Assembly (NCBI GenBank): GCA_965226465.1
Contig: OZ245362.1
Coordinates: 411,566-475,565, forward strand
Length of the DNA stretch: 64,000 bases
Direction of reading: 5' to 3'
Origin: Parvibaculaceae bacterium
Lineage (GTDB): Bacteria; Pseudomonadota; Alphaproteobacteria; RS24; CBDDDD01
The position numbers were made by a program, and so were the translations under genes. This document shows positions 1 to 9,192 of the stretch, piece after piece. Position 1 is the first letter of the stretch, and every line of letters starts with the position of its first letter. The notes beneath the pieces were generated by a model. That model was not told the DNA's origin. It saw only the letters and a list, made by a program, of their open reading frames with translations, and searched no databases.

Positions 1-1
1 T

Positions 2-3000
2 ATTGATTGTCTTGAAACCCAATGCAAGGGAAGTACCAGCTTTATTCCCGGAAGCATTGACAGTTCCACCTTTACCCTTGATTCCCGTGGGTTTGCTGTT
101 GAAGAGGGTAAGTTTTATTTCAGTAGCGCAAACCCATTGCTTAATGTAGCGAGGAGCGGCATCACCAGTAAAGTGCAGATTGATGGGTTTCTTTATGTTG
201 ATGCTATAAGTTTGGATGGCGATGGTAATCTAGTTTTTGGTGATAATGGTAATGCTCGTTTTGCTGCCCTTACCAAGGAAGGTAACTTTGAGGTTATCAA
301 TTATGGTTATATTTATGCTTCCGGTCTCGGTGCTATTTTTGCTTCCACTATTAGTAGTCTGAAGGTTTATAATGAAGGGCAATTTCGTACCGATAAATCA
401 GGGATTTCTGTTAATGCACCTGATCATGTTTTTGAACTTACCAATAAGGGTGGTATTCATTCCGGTGGTGAGGCTATTTATATAAATAGAGGGACGGTGA
501 CCATAGATAATGAGGGAAGTATTTACAGCACTATTCTTAACTCAAGCAATAGACTTCCTTACTGTGACTTCAACACCGCTATTTGTATAAAGGATACCAA
601 AAGTGGAAGTGGTCCAGTTATTATTATAAACCGTAGCGGGGGAGAGATCCGTTATACTGTAGGGAGGACTTATAGCGGTACTCCTCCCGACGGAGCGGCA
701 ATTTCCATAGGCAATCGTTCTGATGTAGAGATTTATAATGAGGGCTTTATTGTAGGAGCACGTGCTTCCGTCACTCCATCAAAGCTCTATGGCATTATCT
801 GGGAAGAAAGCCGTGGCTTTATCTCAAATAGCGGAGGGATTTATGGTGGAGACGGAGCTATAAAAATCGGTGATAATGAGGATGACCCCACAGAATCTAT
901 CATTGAAGTTCGTAATATAGGCACCATTGAAGCACGATTTCAGAATAGCAGGGCGATTGATATAGGAGAGGATACAGAGTTTACGCTTATCAATTATGAC
1001 GGTGCTGAAATTACAGGGGATAGCTATGCCATTTATGCTAATAGTAAATATCATAGCATACATATCATCAATTATGGGTTTATCACTGCCCTTAATGGAG
1101 AAAGCATAGCCCTATCTTTACAACAAAATAGAGGAGAGGCGTTCACTGCCGATAAAACTATTATTCATAATTACGGGAAGGTCCGTGCAGCCACCGGCAT
1201 TGAGATTACTGGTGGAGCGTTGATATTCAATAGTGCTATTGACGCTTCCATTAGCGGTTTTGATGGTTCCGGCATTCGGATTTCTTATGGTATAGGGCGT
1301 GTTGAAAATGGAGAGGGTCAGCGTGATGTTGCCAGCATTTTTAATAGTGGGAGCATTTTCGGTGAGCGTAATGGCATTTATTATGAAGCAGATACGAATA
1401 CAAGCCTTTTGATTAATAATGAAGGCAATATCACTTCCAGGAATATTGCTATCCATGTTGATACCAGAAATAAGATCGGGGATTTTAATGTTTCTAAAAT
1501 AGACATTCTCAATAAAGTGACAGGTGGTATTTATGGTAGAGATAAAGGAATTAGAATTACAAGTATCGGTGTCGGTGCCTCACAAATTGCTGATGAGAAA
1601 GTCTTTATTCAGAATGAAGGCGGCATATTGGGGAGAGGTATCGGTATTTCAATTGATACGCCGGTTAATTTTCTGGATATTACCAATGAGGCAAGCGGTG
1701 TGATTGCAAGTGAGGGCATTGCTATTGATATACCCACAAGCGGGGGCAATGCGGATAGGGGTAACTATTTAATCAGTAATTATGGGCGTATCCTTTCCGA
1801 TAAAACTGCTTATCGCGATCTCGGTCAGGGGCAATTGCTCAATCAGGGTTTTATTCTCGGTGATATTATTATTGTCGGTGCCGGTTCTGTCGTGAATGAG
1901 GGTAATGCTGACAATGATTTCAAAAAGGATTTATTAGGCAGAATAGGGGGGCAGCTTTATTCTTATAAAACAAGTATTGATGTCGCTTCGGGCGTGATTG
2001 TCGGCAATATTTATTTTTATGATAATCGCAATGATGATAAGGGGGCGGCTATTGCGAATAAATTTATCAATTCAGGCACCATTTATGGCAATATTGATAT
2101 GGCTAAGGGAGATGATATTTATGAGCATAGGGGCAATGGTCGTGTGGAGGGGATTATTGATCCGGGTGAAGGGGCTGATATCATAAAGATTACTTCCGGA
2201 GAGATGGTTCTTAATATTCTTAATAAAGCTAGCGTGGAGGGGCATAGGTTCTTATTTGACAGTAAGGATAAAATTCAGGTTCTAGAAAACGCCAGGCTTA
2301 CTATTAATATAAGTGTTCCTGATAAGGTTACTATGATTAACTCCATCACCGCTGCAAGTGGTTCAGAGGTTTATATTGGTAATATCTCTTTGGGCAATCT
2401 TGTTGGGGCAAGCGGACCTATATTGGATATGGGGGATACGGATATTACTATTAATGGCGTGTTAGGGGTTCAGTTCCGCTTTGAGGCTCGCAGTTTATTT
2501 CACTTATCTGAGGATTACGATTTGCAGGATTTGGTTGGTCGCGAGATACCGCGAATTACACGAAAGGTAGAGCTGCTTACGACAACAGGCAACTTCACTA
2601 TACCCAATGTGATAAGAAAACCCATTATTATGGATATTAGCTTTGAGGTTGATAGCACCAATAAGAAAATTTACATGACCTATAATGGGGTTGATTTTAC
2701 CAATGTGGGTGAGCTTCCCAATGCGTCCGAAGATGTGCGCAAATTTGCTGAATATTTGCAACGCCTATTAGAGGCTGAGGAGATGGTCAGCTTGCCTGCG
2801 GGGTATAGCCTTCTTAGCTCTCTTATTACCATAGATACTCTGAGCGACTATATTGCCAAGCTGGAGGAGGCATTGGGGGTGGCGAATTATGACTCACTGC
2901 TTAGCGATTTAAGCGAGATTAGCGGTGTCAGTGGTTTTGTGGATGATTTCACCTCCGCCAATTGTGCCGTGCGCGATAGAAGCCATCAAAGCCTTGTGGT

Positions 3001-3829
3001 CAGCTTTGAGGAGAGCGGCTGTAGTTGGACTTCCTTTACGGAGCAATCTCTCGGGGATAGAGATGAGCAGGCTATTACAAGCGGGCGGCAGGCACCACTT
3101 GGCGAGCATTGGGTCAGCATGGTTGCGGCTCAATATAAGAAAGTGGAGCTTGTTGATAGGGTGGAAGGGCATGCCCGTGATAGTGAGACTTATCTGCTTG
3201 GTGCAGGGCTTCGCTCGCGCGCACCCATCGCCAATGTCGCTGATTTATCCGTTAGCTTGACTATGGGGCGGGGGGAGCATCGGCGTAATAGGGAATGGGC
3301 GAGTGTTCAGCAGGCTTCTATGCCGGAGATGAACTTCCAGATGGTGCGTATTGGGGCAAGTCGCAGTTTTGCATTGCCGCTCAAAGGTAGTTGGAAGATT
3401 ACTCCGTCTACGGATTATAATTTGGTGCGGGTTGATGTTAGTGATTTACAGCATGAGGCGGTATCGGGTGAGAGTGTATTTGCGATAGATGATATGGAGC
3501 ATAATCGTCAAAGTGTGCGTGTTGGGCTTGAATTGCGTGGGGAGCATGAAAGCGAGAGAGGCTCTAGCCTCACGGCTTTTGCCAGAGTTGGTGTTGAGCA
3601 TTATATTACTGGTCGCTCGGCGGGATATACTATCCGCCTTGTGGGGGCGAGTGAGGGCTTTAGCTATTATGGTCGTCCGATTGATGAGAATGTGCTTACG
3701 ACTTCCTTTGGGATTACCAAAGTGCGTGGTAAAGCGGTTAGCTTCCGTGTTTTCTATGAAGGGAAGCAGGGGATTGGCGGTATTTATGAAAACCATGAAG
3801 CCAAGCTGGAGCTATTAAAACGCTTTTAG
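2..3829 (+). CDS. Autotransporter-like outer-membrane protein, paralog AT1 (5'-truncated by the window edge)
   Basis: The frame of ORF 137..3829 is open back to nt 2 (IDCLETQCKGSTSF...), matching the DC..CKG hinge of the other paralogs, so 137 is not the true start. I.N.G.I beta-helix-like repeats; ~270-aa C-terminal amphipathic beta domain ending ...KLELLKRF. Confidence 0.85.
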   Translation: MDCLETQCKGSTSFIPGSIDSSTFTLDSRGFAVEEGKFYFSSANPLLNVARSGITSKVQIDGFLYVDAISLDGDGNLVFGDNGNARFAALTKEGNFEVINYGYIYASGLGAIFASTISSLKVYNEGQFRTDKSGISVNAPDHVFELTNKGGIHSGGEAIYINRGTVTIDNEGSIYSTILNSSNRLPYCDFNTAICIKDTKSGSGPVIIINRSGGEIRYTVGRTYSGTPPDGAAISIGNRSDVEIYNEGFIVGARASVTPSKLYGIIWEESRGFISNSGGIYGGDGAIKIGDNEDDPTESIIEVRNIGTIEARFQNSRAIDIGEDTEFTLINYDGAEITGDSYAIYANSKYHSIHIINYGFITALNGESIALSLQQNRGEAFTADKTIIHNYGKVRAATGIEITGGALIFNSAIDASISGFDGSGIRISYGIGRVENGEGQRDVASIFNSGSIFGERNGIYYEADTNTSLLINNEGNITSRNIAIHVDTRNKIGDFNVSKIDILNKVTGGIYGRDKGIRITSIGVGASQIADEKVFIQNEGGILGRGIGISIDTPVNFLDITNEASGVIASEGIAIDIPTSGGNADRGNYLISNYGRILSDKTAYRDLGQGQLLNQGFILGDIIIVGAGSVVNEGNADNDFKKDLLGRIGGQLYSYKTSIDVASGVIVGNIYFYDNRNDDKGAAIANKFINSGTIYGNIDMAKGDDIYEHRGNGRVEGIIDPGEGADIIKITSGEMVLNILNKASVEGHRFLFDSKDKIQVLENARLTINISVPDKVTMINSITAASGSEVYIGNISLGNLVGASGPILDMGDTDITINGVLGVQFRFEARSLFHLSEDYDLQDLVGREIPRITRKVELLTTTGNFTIPNVIRKPIIMDISFEVDSTNKKIYMTYNGVDFTNVGELPNASEDVRKFAEYLQRLLEAEEMVSLPAGYSLLSSLITIDTLSDYIAKLEEALGVANYDSLLSDLSEISGVSGFVDDFTSANCAVRDRSHQSLVVSFEESGCSWTSFTEQSLGDRDEQAITSGRQAPLGEHWVSMVAAQYKKVELVDRVEGHARDSETYLLGAGLRSRAPIANVADLSVSLTMGRGEHRRNREWASVQQASMPEMNFQMVRIGASRSFALPLKGSWKITPSTDYNLVRVDVSDLQHEAVSGESVFAIDDMEHNRQSVRVGLELRGEHESERGSSLTAFARVGVEHYITGRSAGYTIRLVGASEGFSYYGRPIDENVLTTSFGITKVRGKAVSFRVFYEGKQGIGGIYENHEAKLELLKRF

Positions 3830-3915
3830 CACCCGAATTGTTACGTTTTTGTTAATCTTTTTAATAATTTCTATAAAAAGTAATTTATATCAATGGGTTA
3901 AAAAGCAAGTTTCAT

Positions 3916-3944
3916 TTGACATTAAACGGTTTTGTTTCTAGGCT
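3916..3944 (+). promoter_or_regulatory. Sigma70-type promoter for AT2
   Basis: TTGACA (3916-3921), 17-nt spacer, TAGGCT (3939-3944). Nearly the same element precedes AT6. Confidence 0.7.
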
Positions 3945-3981
3945 AGAGTCGTTGCATTTTTAACGCCTTGAGGGAAATAGT

Positions 3982-6900
3982 ATGTATAAATTAATAGCTA
4001 TAGCAGGACTATTCACTAGCCTTTTATTTACAATGGGTGAAGCACGGGCGCAAAGTTTTGAGGATTGTGACCCTGCTACTGACACCTGTACACAAAACAA
4101 GGGCACGATAACTATTACCAATGATGAGGCTATAGAGCTTGGCGCAGGCGATAACATTATTAATAATGGTTTTCTTAGCGCTAGCGAAACTGTGGCTGGC
4201 ACAATCAATATTGGTCAAAATGGCGGCTCTTTATTGCCGGGTCCGGGGGATGATGTTATTAATAATGGGTTTATCCGTGCTGGTACTGGGGGCGGTGCTG
4301 ATGTTATCGCTAAGGGTATTATCAATATATATGATTTGCTTGACCTTTGTGCCGGTCATGATGTGCTCAATAATGAAAAGGGCAGTGAGATTAATTTTCT
4401 TTCGGGGACGTATTCAGGTGCTACAGGCAAGCTGCTTTTTGGAACGGAGGATGATGTCCTCAATAATAGAGGCACAATCACATTTAACAATGATGGTGCT
4501 GTTATAGATTTTGGAACAGGCAATGACAGGCTTATCAATGCTGAAAGCGGTGTCATTTCTATTGTGGTGGGAACGGCTAGCATTATCAATGGTGTTGTTG
4601 AAAATGCGGGCGTAATTTCTCTGCTTGCAGACTCAACGCTGGTTCTCAGTGAATATACAGAAACAGGAACAGGGAATGTTAAAATAAAATATGGTAGCAC
4701 TCCTACCCTTGATATTAAGAAAGCAACCGACAGCCTGACGCTGGATATAGACTTCACCGGTGTCACGCCTAGCGGAACGAGCCATACTCTGATTGCTCTA
4801 TCCAATAACCCTCTGAAAAATGTTAAGATTCTTGCCGCGGATGTCACTACATTGGGGCTTACCAATCCGCAAATTGTTTCACTGCTCACAAAAAACGCCG
4901 ATAACACATTCTCGCATCAGCTGGTTGCGCGTGAAGACCCGACTGCTCTGCCCGCAATTGGCTATGATATAGCGACAAAGGCAGTGATTGATTGTGATAC
5001 GATTCTTGCCTGTAAGGGTATTAATACTGCCATTGATACTAGTTCTGCTACGAATTTTGATAGCGCAAGCATTACGCTTGATGCCAATGGGTTTGCCGTT
5101 GATGGCGGTTATGCTTATTTTGCTAGATCCAATCCTCTGCTCACGCTTGCGACAGCGGTGGATAGTAAGGTTCAAATTCATGGGCTGGTTTATGTCGGTG
5201 ATGTAAGCACGCCAGCAACACCAGGAACGGGGAACAATCCAGTAACTACCTATCCTCTGACGATTGCTAGCGGGGGTGATTTTGCCTTTGCCGCTATTAG
5301 CGGTGGGGGCAATTTTGAGCTTACCAATTATGGTGCCATTATCGGCTCCGGTGATGCGCTTATTTCTTTGACTGAGTTGGCAAGCGGAAAGATTTATAAT
5401 GAGGGAAGCATTAGTGCCGCTAAAGCCGCCATTAAAATTGATGATACTAGTGGTGCTGAAACCTATCAGATTACCAATAAGGGTAGTATTGGCTCCGATG
5501 GTGAGGCTATCCTTGCAAAAGGCGGGGTGATTACCATAGATAATTCGGGCGGCATTGGAAGCTCCATTGAACTGGTGGCAGATGCCCAAGGTGGTGATGG
5601 GAAACATGCTACTATTCATATAGGGGAGGATGCTACTGCAGACGCTAATGCGGTTACCATTATTAACCGCAAGGGTGGCAAGATTAGGTATCGTATAGGC
5701 TCTCTTGATGGTAGCACTACTCCCGATAGCACACCGGTCTATGTAGCCAGTCTTTCCGCTTTGAAGATTTATAATGCAGGGGATATCATTGTCTCTAAAG
5801 GGGCAAATGCCAAAGCTGGTATAAAGGGTTACGCTATTTTCTGGAATGGCAATGATGGTAGCATTTCCAATACTGGCAGAATTATCGGTTTAGACTCCGC
5901 TATACATGTTGTAGGGTCAACAGCACGTGCTGTATCTGATATTGTTATCCATAATAATGGTCTTATCAAATCCAATGGGCAAACAATTAATATAGAGGGT
6001 GCGGCTCACAAGGTTAGCATTTTCAATTATGAGGGGGGTACGATAAGCACGGCTGGCACTGCTGAGGCTATTCGTGCGAACCAATATGGCGAGTTCTATC
6101 TTACCAATCACGGGCTTATCATTGGTGGTGGAGCTACGACATTATTCATGGGGGCGAACACAGCTTCCGGCACTGAGATTGTTGCCCATAATAATGTTAT
6201 CTATAATACAGGCAGGATTGTAAATACAAAGGCAGAAGTAGGCAGGGCTATTAAGTGGACTGGTTCCGGTTTCTTGTATAATCTTGGAACTGATGCTCTT
6301 ATTTCAGGAGCTAAGGAGGCTATTTGGATAGATAAGGGGCTTTCCAGCAATGCTGGGCGAGAAGTTTTCACGCTTATCAATAGTGGTAGAATTTTCTCCG
6401 AAAAAGGGCATGGTGTTCGTATGGCGGCAGCTACCAATACAAGCCTTAGGGTGGAAAACTATGGCGTGATTCAAGGTGCTCTAAACGGTATCTTTGTTTA
6501 TGTTGATACCAAAACGCACAGCCCTGTAAATGCTAAAGTGGATATTTTGAATAGAGCAGGTGGTGGCATTTATGGTGATCAGTATGCTATTTATGTCTTT
6601 TCTCTTGGAGCCGATACTACCAAGAATACTGCAGGAGAAAAATTGGTCATTCATAATGATGGCGATATATTCAGTAAGGATATTGCCATTAATATATTGG
6701 AGATTATTGGGGCGCTGGATATTACCAATGGTCCCAATGGTGCCATTGTCGCCAAGACAAATGAGCTTTACCGTGAAGTAGAAGGGGAAGCCTATAAGGA
6801 GCTTGACCGTGATGTCTATGATGACACCATTGCTATTAATATTGATAATGCAGACTCAGGTCAACACAGCTCATATGTCAGCCGTAGAGGGCACGTTGCT

Positions 6901-8985
6901 CCGGGCAGTTATTTGATTACCAATAGGGGGCGTATCCTTTCCAATGGCATTGCGTATCGCGATCTCGGATCAGGGCATTTACTGAATACGGGCTTTATCC
7001 TCGGCGATATCATCATCGCGGGTAATAAGGTTACTCTTATGAATCTGGCTGACCCCAATAATGATTTCAATAAGGATTTATTCGGCAAAGTGGGCGACCG
7101 CAGCTATAGCTTCCTTATAGACCCAAGCAAAGTCGCCTCAGGTGTTATTGTCGGCGATATTTATTTCTATGATAAAGATGTAGGGGAAGCTGGCAGTGAC
7201 AATCATGAGCAAAGGCTTACCAATTCCGGTATCATCTATGGTGATATATATTTTGGTAAGGGGGGTAGCGATAGATATAACCATCATGGAAATGCGCGTG
7301 TAGAGGGAACGGTTAGCCTTGGTGCCGGAGCCGATTTTTTGATAGTTCACAACGGCGGAACAATGTATCTTAATGTTAGCCGTGACCCCTCTGTCGTCGG
7401 AGACAAGTTTATATTTGATAGTGATGATGAAATCAGCGTTAACGGTGGTGGCACTCTGGTCATGAATATAAATGGTCCCGGAACAGCACTGAACGCCAAG
7501 AAGCTGAGTATAGGCCAGGGCGGGAAGCTCTATATCGGCAATCTTTCCTTACGGGATTTCATTATTGACGCCGAAAAGCCCTTACTGGATTTTGGGTCAA
7601 CAGGGCTTTCAGCTGCGGGTAGTACGACGATTGGCGTTGCTTTCAAATTTGACGAATACTTCCTAACCCTTGCCAAATTATGGGAACGGTTTGGAGAGGT
7701 TGGAACCAAAATAGAATTGATTAAAGTAAGAGGTGGCAGTAGCAGTTTCGCAGTTACTGGTATTAGTTTTATACGCCCTGTCATTATGGATATTGATTTT
7801 GAGAAGGATATTCCCAATAAAACAATCTTTGCAACCTATAATGGGCTGGACTTCACCAATGCGGGTAGCCTTCCCGGTGCGCCCGAAGATGCCAGCAAGT
7901 TTGCTGACTATTTGGAGCGTCTATTGCAAGCAGAAGAGTTGGTGAGCCTTCCTGCTGGTGAAAGACTTATCAGCTCGCTTGTTCAGGTTAGTGATTTGGG
8001 CACCTATATTGCTAGGCTGGAAGAAGCATTGGGGACGGCAAATTATGACTCACTGCTGAGCGATTTAAGTGAGATTAATGCTGTCAGTAGCTTTGTTGAT
8101 GACTTCACTTCTGCCAATTGTGCGGTGCGGGATAAAGCCTATCAGAGCCTTGTGGTGCGCCATGAGGAGAGCGGGTGTAGTTGGACTTCCTTTACGGAGC
8201 GTGCGGTTGGTAATAGAGATGAGCAAGCCATTACAAGCGGGCGGCAGTCGCCTCTTGGTGATAATTGGGTCAGCATGGTAGCGGGGCAATATAAAAAAGT
8301 GGAACTTGTGGATAGGGTAGAAGGTCATGCCCGTGATAGCGAAACCTATCTCCTCGGTGCAGGGCTTCGCTCTCGTGCGCCGATTGCCAATGTCGCTGAT
8401 GTTTCTGTCAGCCTGACTATGGGACGGGGCGAGCATCGCCGCAACAGAGAATGGGCAAGTGTGCAGCAGGCTTCTATGCCTGAGATGAACTTCCAGATGG
8501 TGCGTATTGGCGCAAGCCGTAGCTTTGCTCTTCCCCTTAGAGGAAGTTGGAAGATTACTCCTTCCACAGACTATAACCTCGTGCGTGTTGGTGTTAGTGA
8601 TTTACAGCATGAGGCGGTATCGGGTGAGAGTGTGTTTGCGATAGATGATATGGAGCATAATCGCCAAAGTGTGCGTGTTGGGCTTGAGTTGCGTGGGGAG
8701 CATGAAAGTGAGAGAGGAGCCAATATTACGGCTTTTGCCCGAATTGGTGTTGAGCATTACATTAATGGTCGCTCGGCGGGATATACCATCCGCCTTGTGG
8801 GGGCGAGTGAGGGCTTTAGCTATTATGGTCGTCCGATTGATGAGAATGTGCTTACGACTTCCTTTGGTATTACAAAGGCTCGTGGCAAAGCGGTTAGCTT
8901 CCGTGCTTTCTATGAAGGGAAGCAGGGGATTGGTGGTATTTATGAGAATCATGAAGCCAAGCTGGAGCTTCTAAAACGCTTTTAG
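3982..8985 (+). CDS. Autotransporter-like protein AT2 (1667 aa)
   Basis: Sec signal peptide (MYKLIAIAGLF...ARA/Q), SD-like GAGGG, 5 GxG(D/N)D repeats, DCDTILACKG hinge, beta-helix repeats, conserved beta domain with terminal Phe. Confidence 0.88.
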   Translation: MYKLIAIAGLFTSLLFTMGEARAQSFEDCDPATDTCTQNKGTITITNDEAIELGAGDNIINNGFLSASETVAGTINIGQNGGSLLPGPGDDVINNGFIRAGTGGGADVIAKGIINIYDLLDLCAGHDVLNNEKGSEINFLSGTYSGATGKLLFGTEDDVLNNRGTITFNNDGAVIDFGTGNDRLINAESGVISIVVGTASIINGVVENAGVISLLADSTLVLSEYTETGTGNVKIKYGSTPTLDIKKATDSLTLDIDFTGVTPSGTSHTLIALSNNPLKNVKILAADVTTLGLTNPQIVSLLTKNADNTFSHQLVAREDPTALPAIGYDIATKAVIDCDTILACKGINTAIDTSSATNFDSASITLDANGFAVDGGYAYFARSNPLLTLATAVDSKVQIHGLVYVGDVSTPATPGTGNNPVTTYPLTIASGGDFAFAAISGGGNFELTNYGAIIGSGDALISLTELASGKIYNEGSISAAKAAIKIDDTSGAETYQITNKGSIGSDGEAILAKGGVITIDNSGGIGSSIELVADAQGGDGKHATIHIGEDATADANAVTIINRKGGKIRYRIGSLDGSTTPDSTPVYVASLSALKIYNAGDIIVSKGANAKAGIKGYAIFWNGNDGSISNTGRIIGLDSAIHVVGSTARAVSDIVIHNNGLIKSNGQTINIEGAAHKVSIFNYEGGTISTAGTAEAIRANQYGEFYLTNHGLIIGGGATTLFMGANTASGTEIVAHNNVIYNTGRIVNTKAEVGRAIKWTGSGFLYNLGTDALISGAKEAIWIDKGLSSNAGREVFTLINSGRIFSEKGHGVRMAAATNTSLRVENYGVIQGALNGIFVYVDTKTHSPVNAKVDILNRAGGGIYGDQYAIYVFSLGADTTKNTAGEKLVIHNDGDIFSKDIAINILEIIGALDITNGPNGAIVAKTNELYREVEGEAYKELDRDVYDDTIAINIDNADSGQHSSYVSRRGHVAPGSYLITNRGRILSNGIAYRDLGSGHLLNTGFILGDIIIAGNKVTLMNLADPNNDFNKDLFGKVGDRSYSFLIDPSKVASGVIVGDIYFYDKDVGEAGSDNHEQRLTNSGIIYGDIYFGKGGSDRYNHHGNARVEGTVSLGAGADFLIVHNGGTMYLNVSRDPSVVGDKFIFDSDDEISVNGGGTLVMNINGPGTALNAKKLSIGQGGKLYIGNLSLRDFIIDAEKPLLDFGSTGLSAAGSTTIGVAFKFDEYFLTLAKLWERFGEVGTKIELIKVRGGSSSFAVTGISFIRPVIMDIDFEKDIPNKTIFATYNGLDFTNAGSLPGAPEDASKFADYLERLLQAEELVSLPAGERLISSLVQVSDLGTYIARLEEALGTANYDSLLSDLSEINAVSSFVDDFTSANCAVRDKAYQSLVVRHEESGCSWTSFTERAVGNRDEQAITSGRQSPLGDNWVSMVAGQYKKVELVDRVEGHARDSETYLLGAGLRSRAPIANVADVSVSLTMGRGEHRRNREWASVQQASMPEMNFQMVRIGASRSFALPLRGSWKITPSTDYNLVRVGVSDLQHEAVSGESVFAIDDMEHNRQSVRVGLELRGEHESERGANITAFARIGVEHYINGRSAGYTIRLVGASEGFSYYGRPIDENVLTTSFGITKARGKAVSFRAFYEGKQGIGGIYENHEAKLELLKRF

Positions 8986-9073
8986 CCTCTAAATCCTTAG
9001 GGCTTGATTAACCTTTTTAAAAAGATTAATAAAAATCCTTTATTATCATTACGCTAAGACGAAAGAAAAAATC

Positions 9074-9102
9074 TTGCTATCTATTAATAGTGCAATTATT
9101 AT
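9074..9102 (+). promoter_or_regulatory. Sigma70-type promoter for AT3
   Basis: TTGCTA (9074-9079), 17 nt, TATTAT (9097-9102), at a position comparable to the AT2/AT6 promoters. Confidence 0.5.
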
Positions 9103-9192
9103 CTAGAACGATTCTGCTAAAAAGAAGGTTTTATATAATATAGCATTCTTATCAAGTGCTGTAGCATTGTTTTAAAGTTTGGGATAGAAGTC

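Noticed and set aside
137-139. ORF-track start of AT1 at TTG 137
   Set aside because: The frame is open upstream to the window edge and homologous to internal parts of the paralogs, so this is neither a true start nor a pseudogene.
3446-3818. A 116-aa antisense ORF (183 aa in AT3) and a 109-aa alternative-frame ORF recur in all six barrel regions
   Set aside because: They recur because the underlying DNA is repeated. They have no RBS or recognisable motifs, and T-ending codon bias keeps shadow frames open.
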